Below are positions 63,541 to 64,000 of a DNA stretch of 64,000 nucleotides, piece after piece. The position numbers and the translations under genes are program-made. Numbering within the stretch: position 1 is the stretch's first letter; every line of letters begins with the position of its first letter. Below the pieces are notes generated by a model. It did not search any database and was not told the origin of the DNA. It saw nothing but the letters and a program-made list of their open reading frames with translations. Origin of the DNA: Neoechinorhynchus agilis (Eukaryota; Animalia; Acanthocephala); NCBI GenBank assembly GCA_051530055.1, contig CM121343.1, positions 4,248,389 through 4,312,388 on the forward strand, in the 5' to 3' direction.

Positions 63541-64000
63541 GAAGGAGTTTGCTAAGAGATCAAACTACGGATACCCAAAACCTTTCGTGCGGTTTTACTC
63601 CTAGCAAGTTTATTAGACGTTTGAATGTCCTTGATTTCATTGGTAGTTGATTTAGTAATAGGTTGCAAATCACTATAGGAAATTAAAATCATAAATTCTC
63701 TCTACATGACTAACTTTTTGAGCAAACGAGAAGATTTTGTGATATGCGAAGGAAAACGGCGATTGAGTTGTCTTATGTTGCTACCCACGATGGGTCTTTG
63801 AATAATATTCTAAAAGATAAGGGAACAATCGTCTACTATAAGTTACCTTCCCAATACGGTAAAAATCATTTTCGAAATATACCTTACAATTTCGTCTTTT
63901 TCGGACTCCATATCCTTTTTTCGTGCCTACAGAAAGACAGCAACAGTTGAAGCGCATCAAATGCTTCGCAGCAGCCTTTGGTACATGATTAATGGGTAGT

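Overview
Eukaryotic, AT-rich window from a compact-genome invertebrate animal; most introns are GT-AG and about 42-55 nt. Recognisable host genes, in order: TPP2 (5'-partial), an FNDC3/miles-to-go-like FN3 protein, a ZDHHC9/14/18-type palmitoyltransferase, an ADAMTS-like M12B metalloprotease, an RNF13/167-like PA-TM-RING ligase, Scribble, FoxF, gamma-COP, ORC1 and the 3' part of a PDZRN3/4-like gene. There are also a few orphan exon-like ORFs. Intergenic and intronic DNA holds five tandem arrays (units about 135, 163, 121, 226 and 54 bp), at least five decayed CRE-clade non-LTR fragments, a CR1/L2-type fragment, an RTE-like 5'-UTR relic and several foldback (inverted-repeat) elements. Hammerhead-ribozyme core motifs recur in these repeats. 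The most unusual signal is a two-copy repeat (22.5 kb and 61.3 kb) in which all three hammerhead strands and helices can be assigned, but in a strand order matching none of types I-III. All assignments were made by eye, without database searches or folding software. No tRNA, rRNA or CRISPR was recognised.
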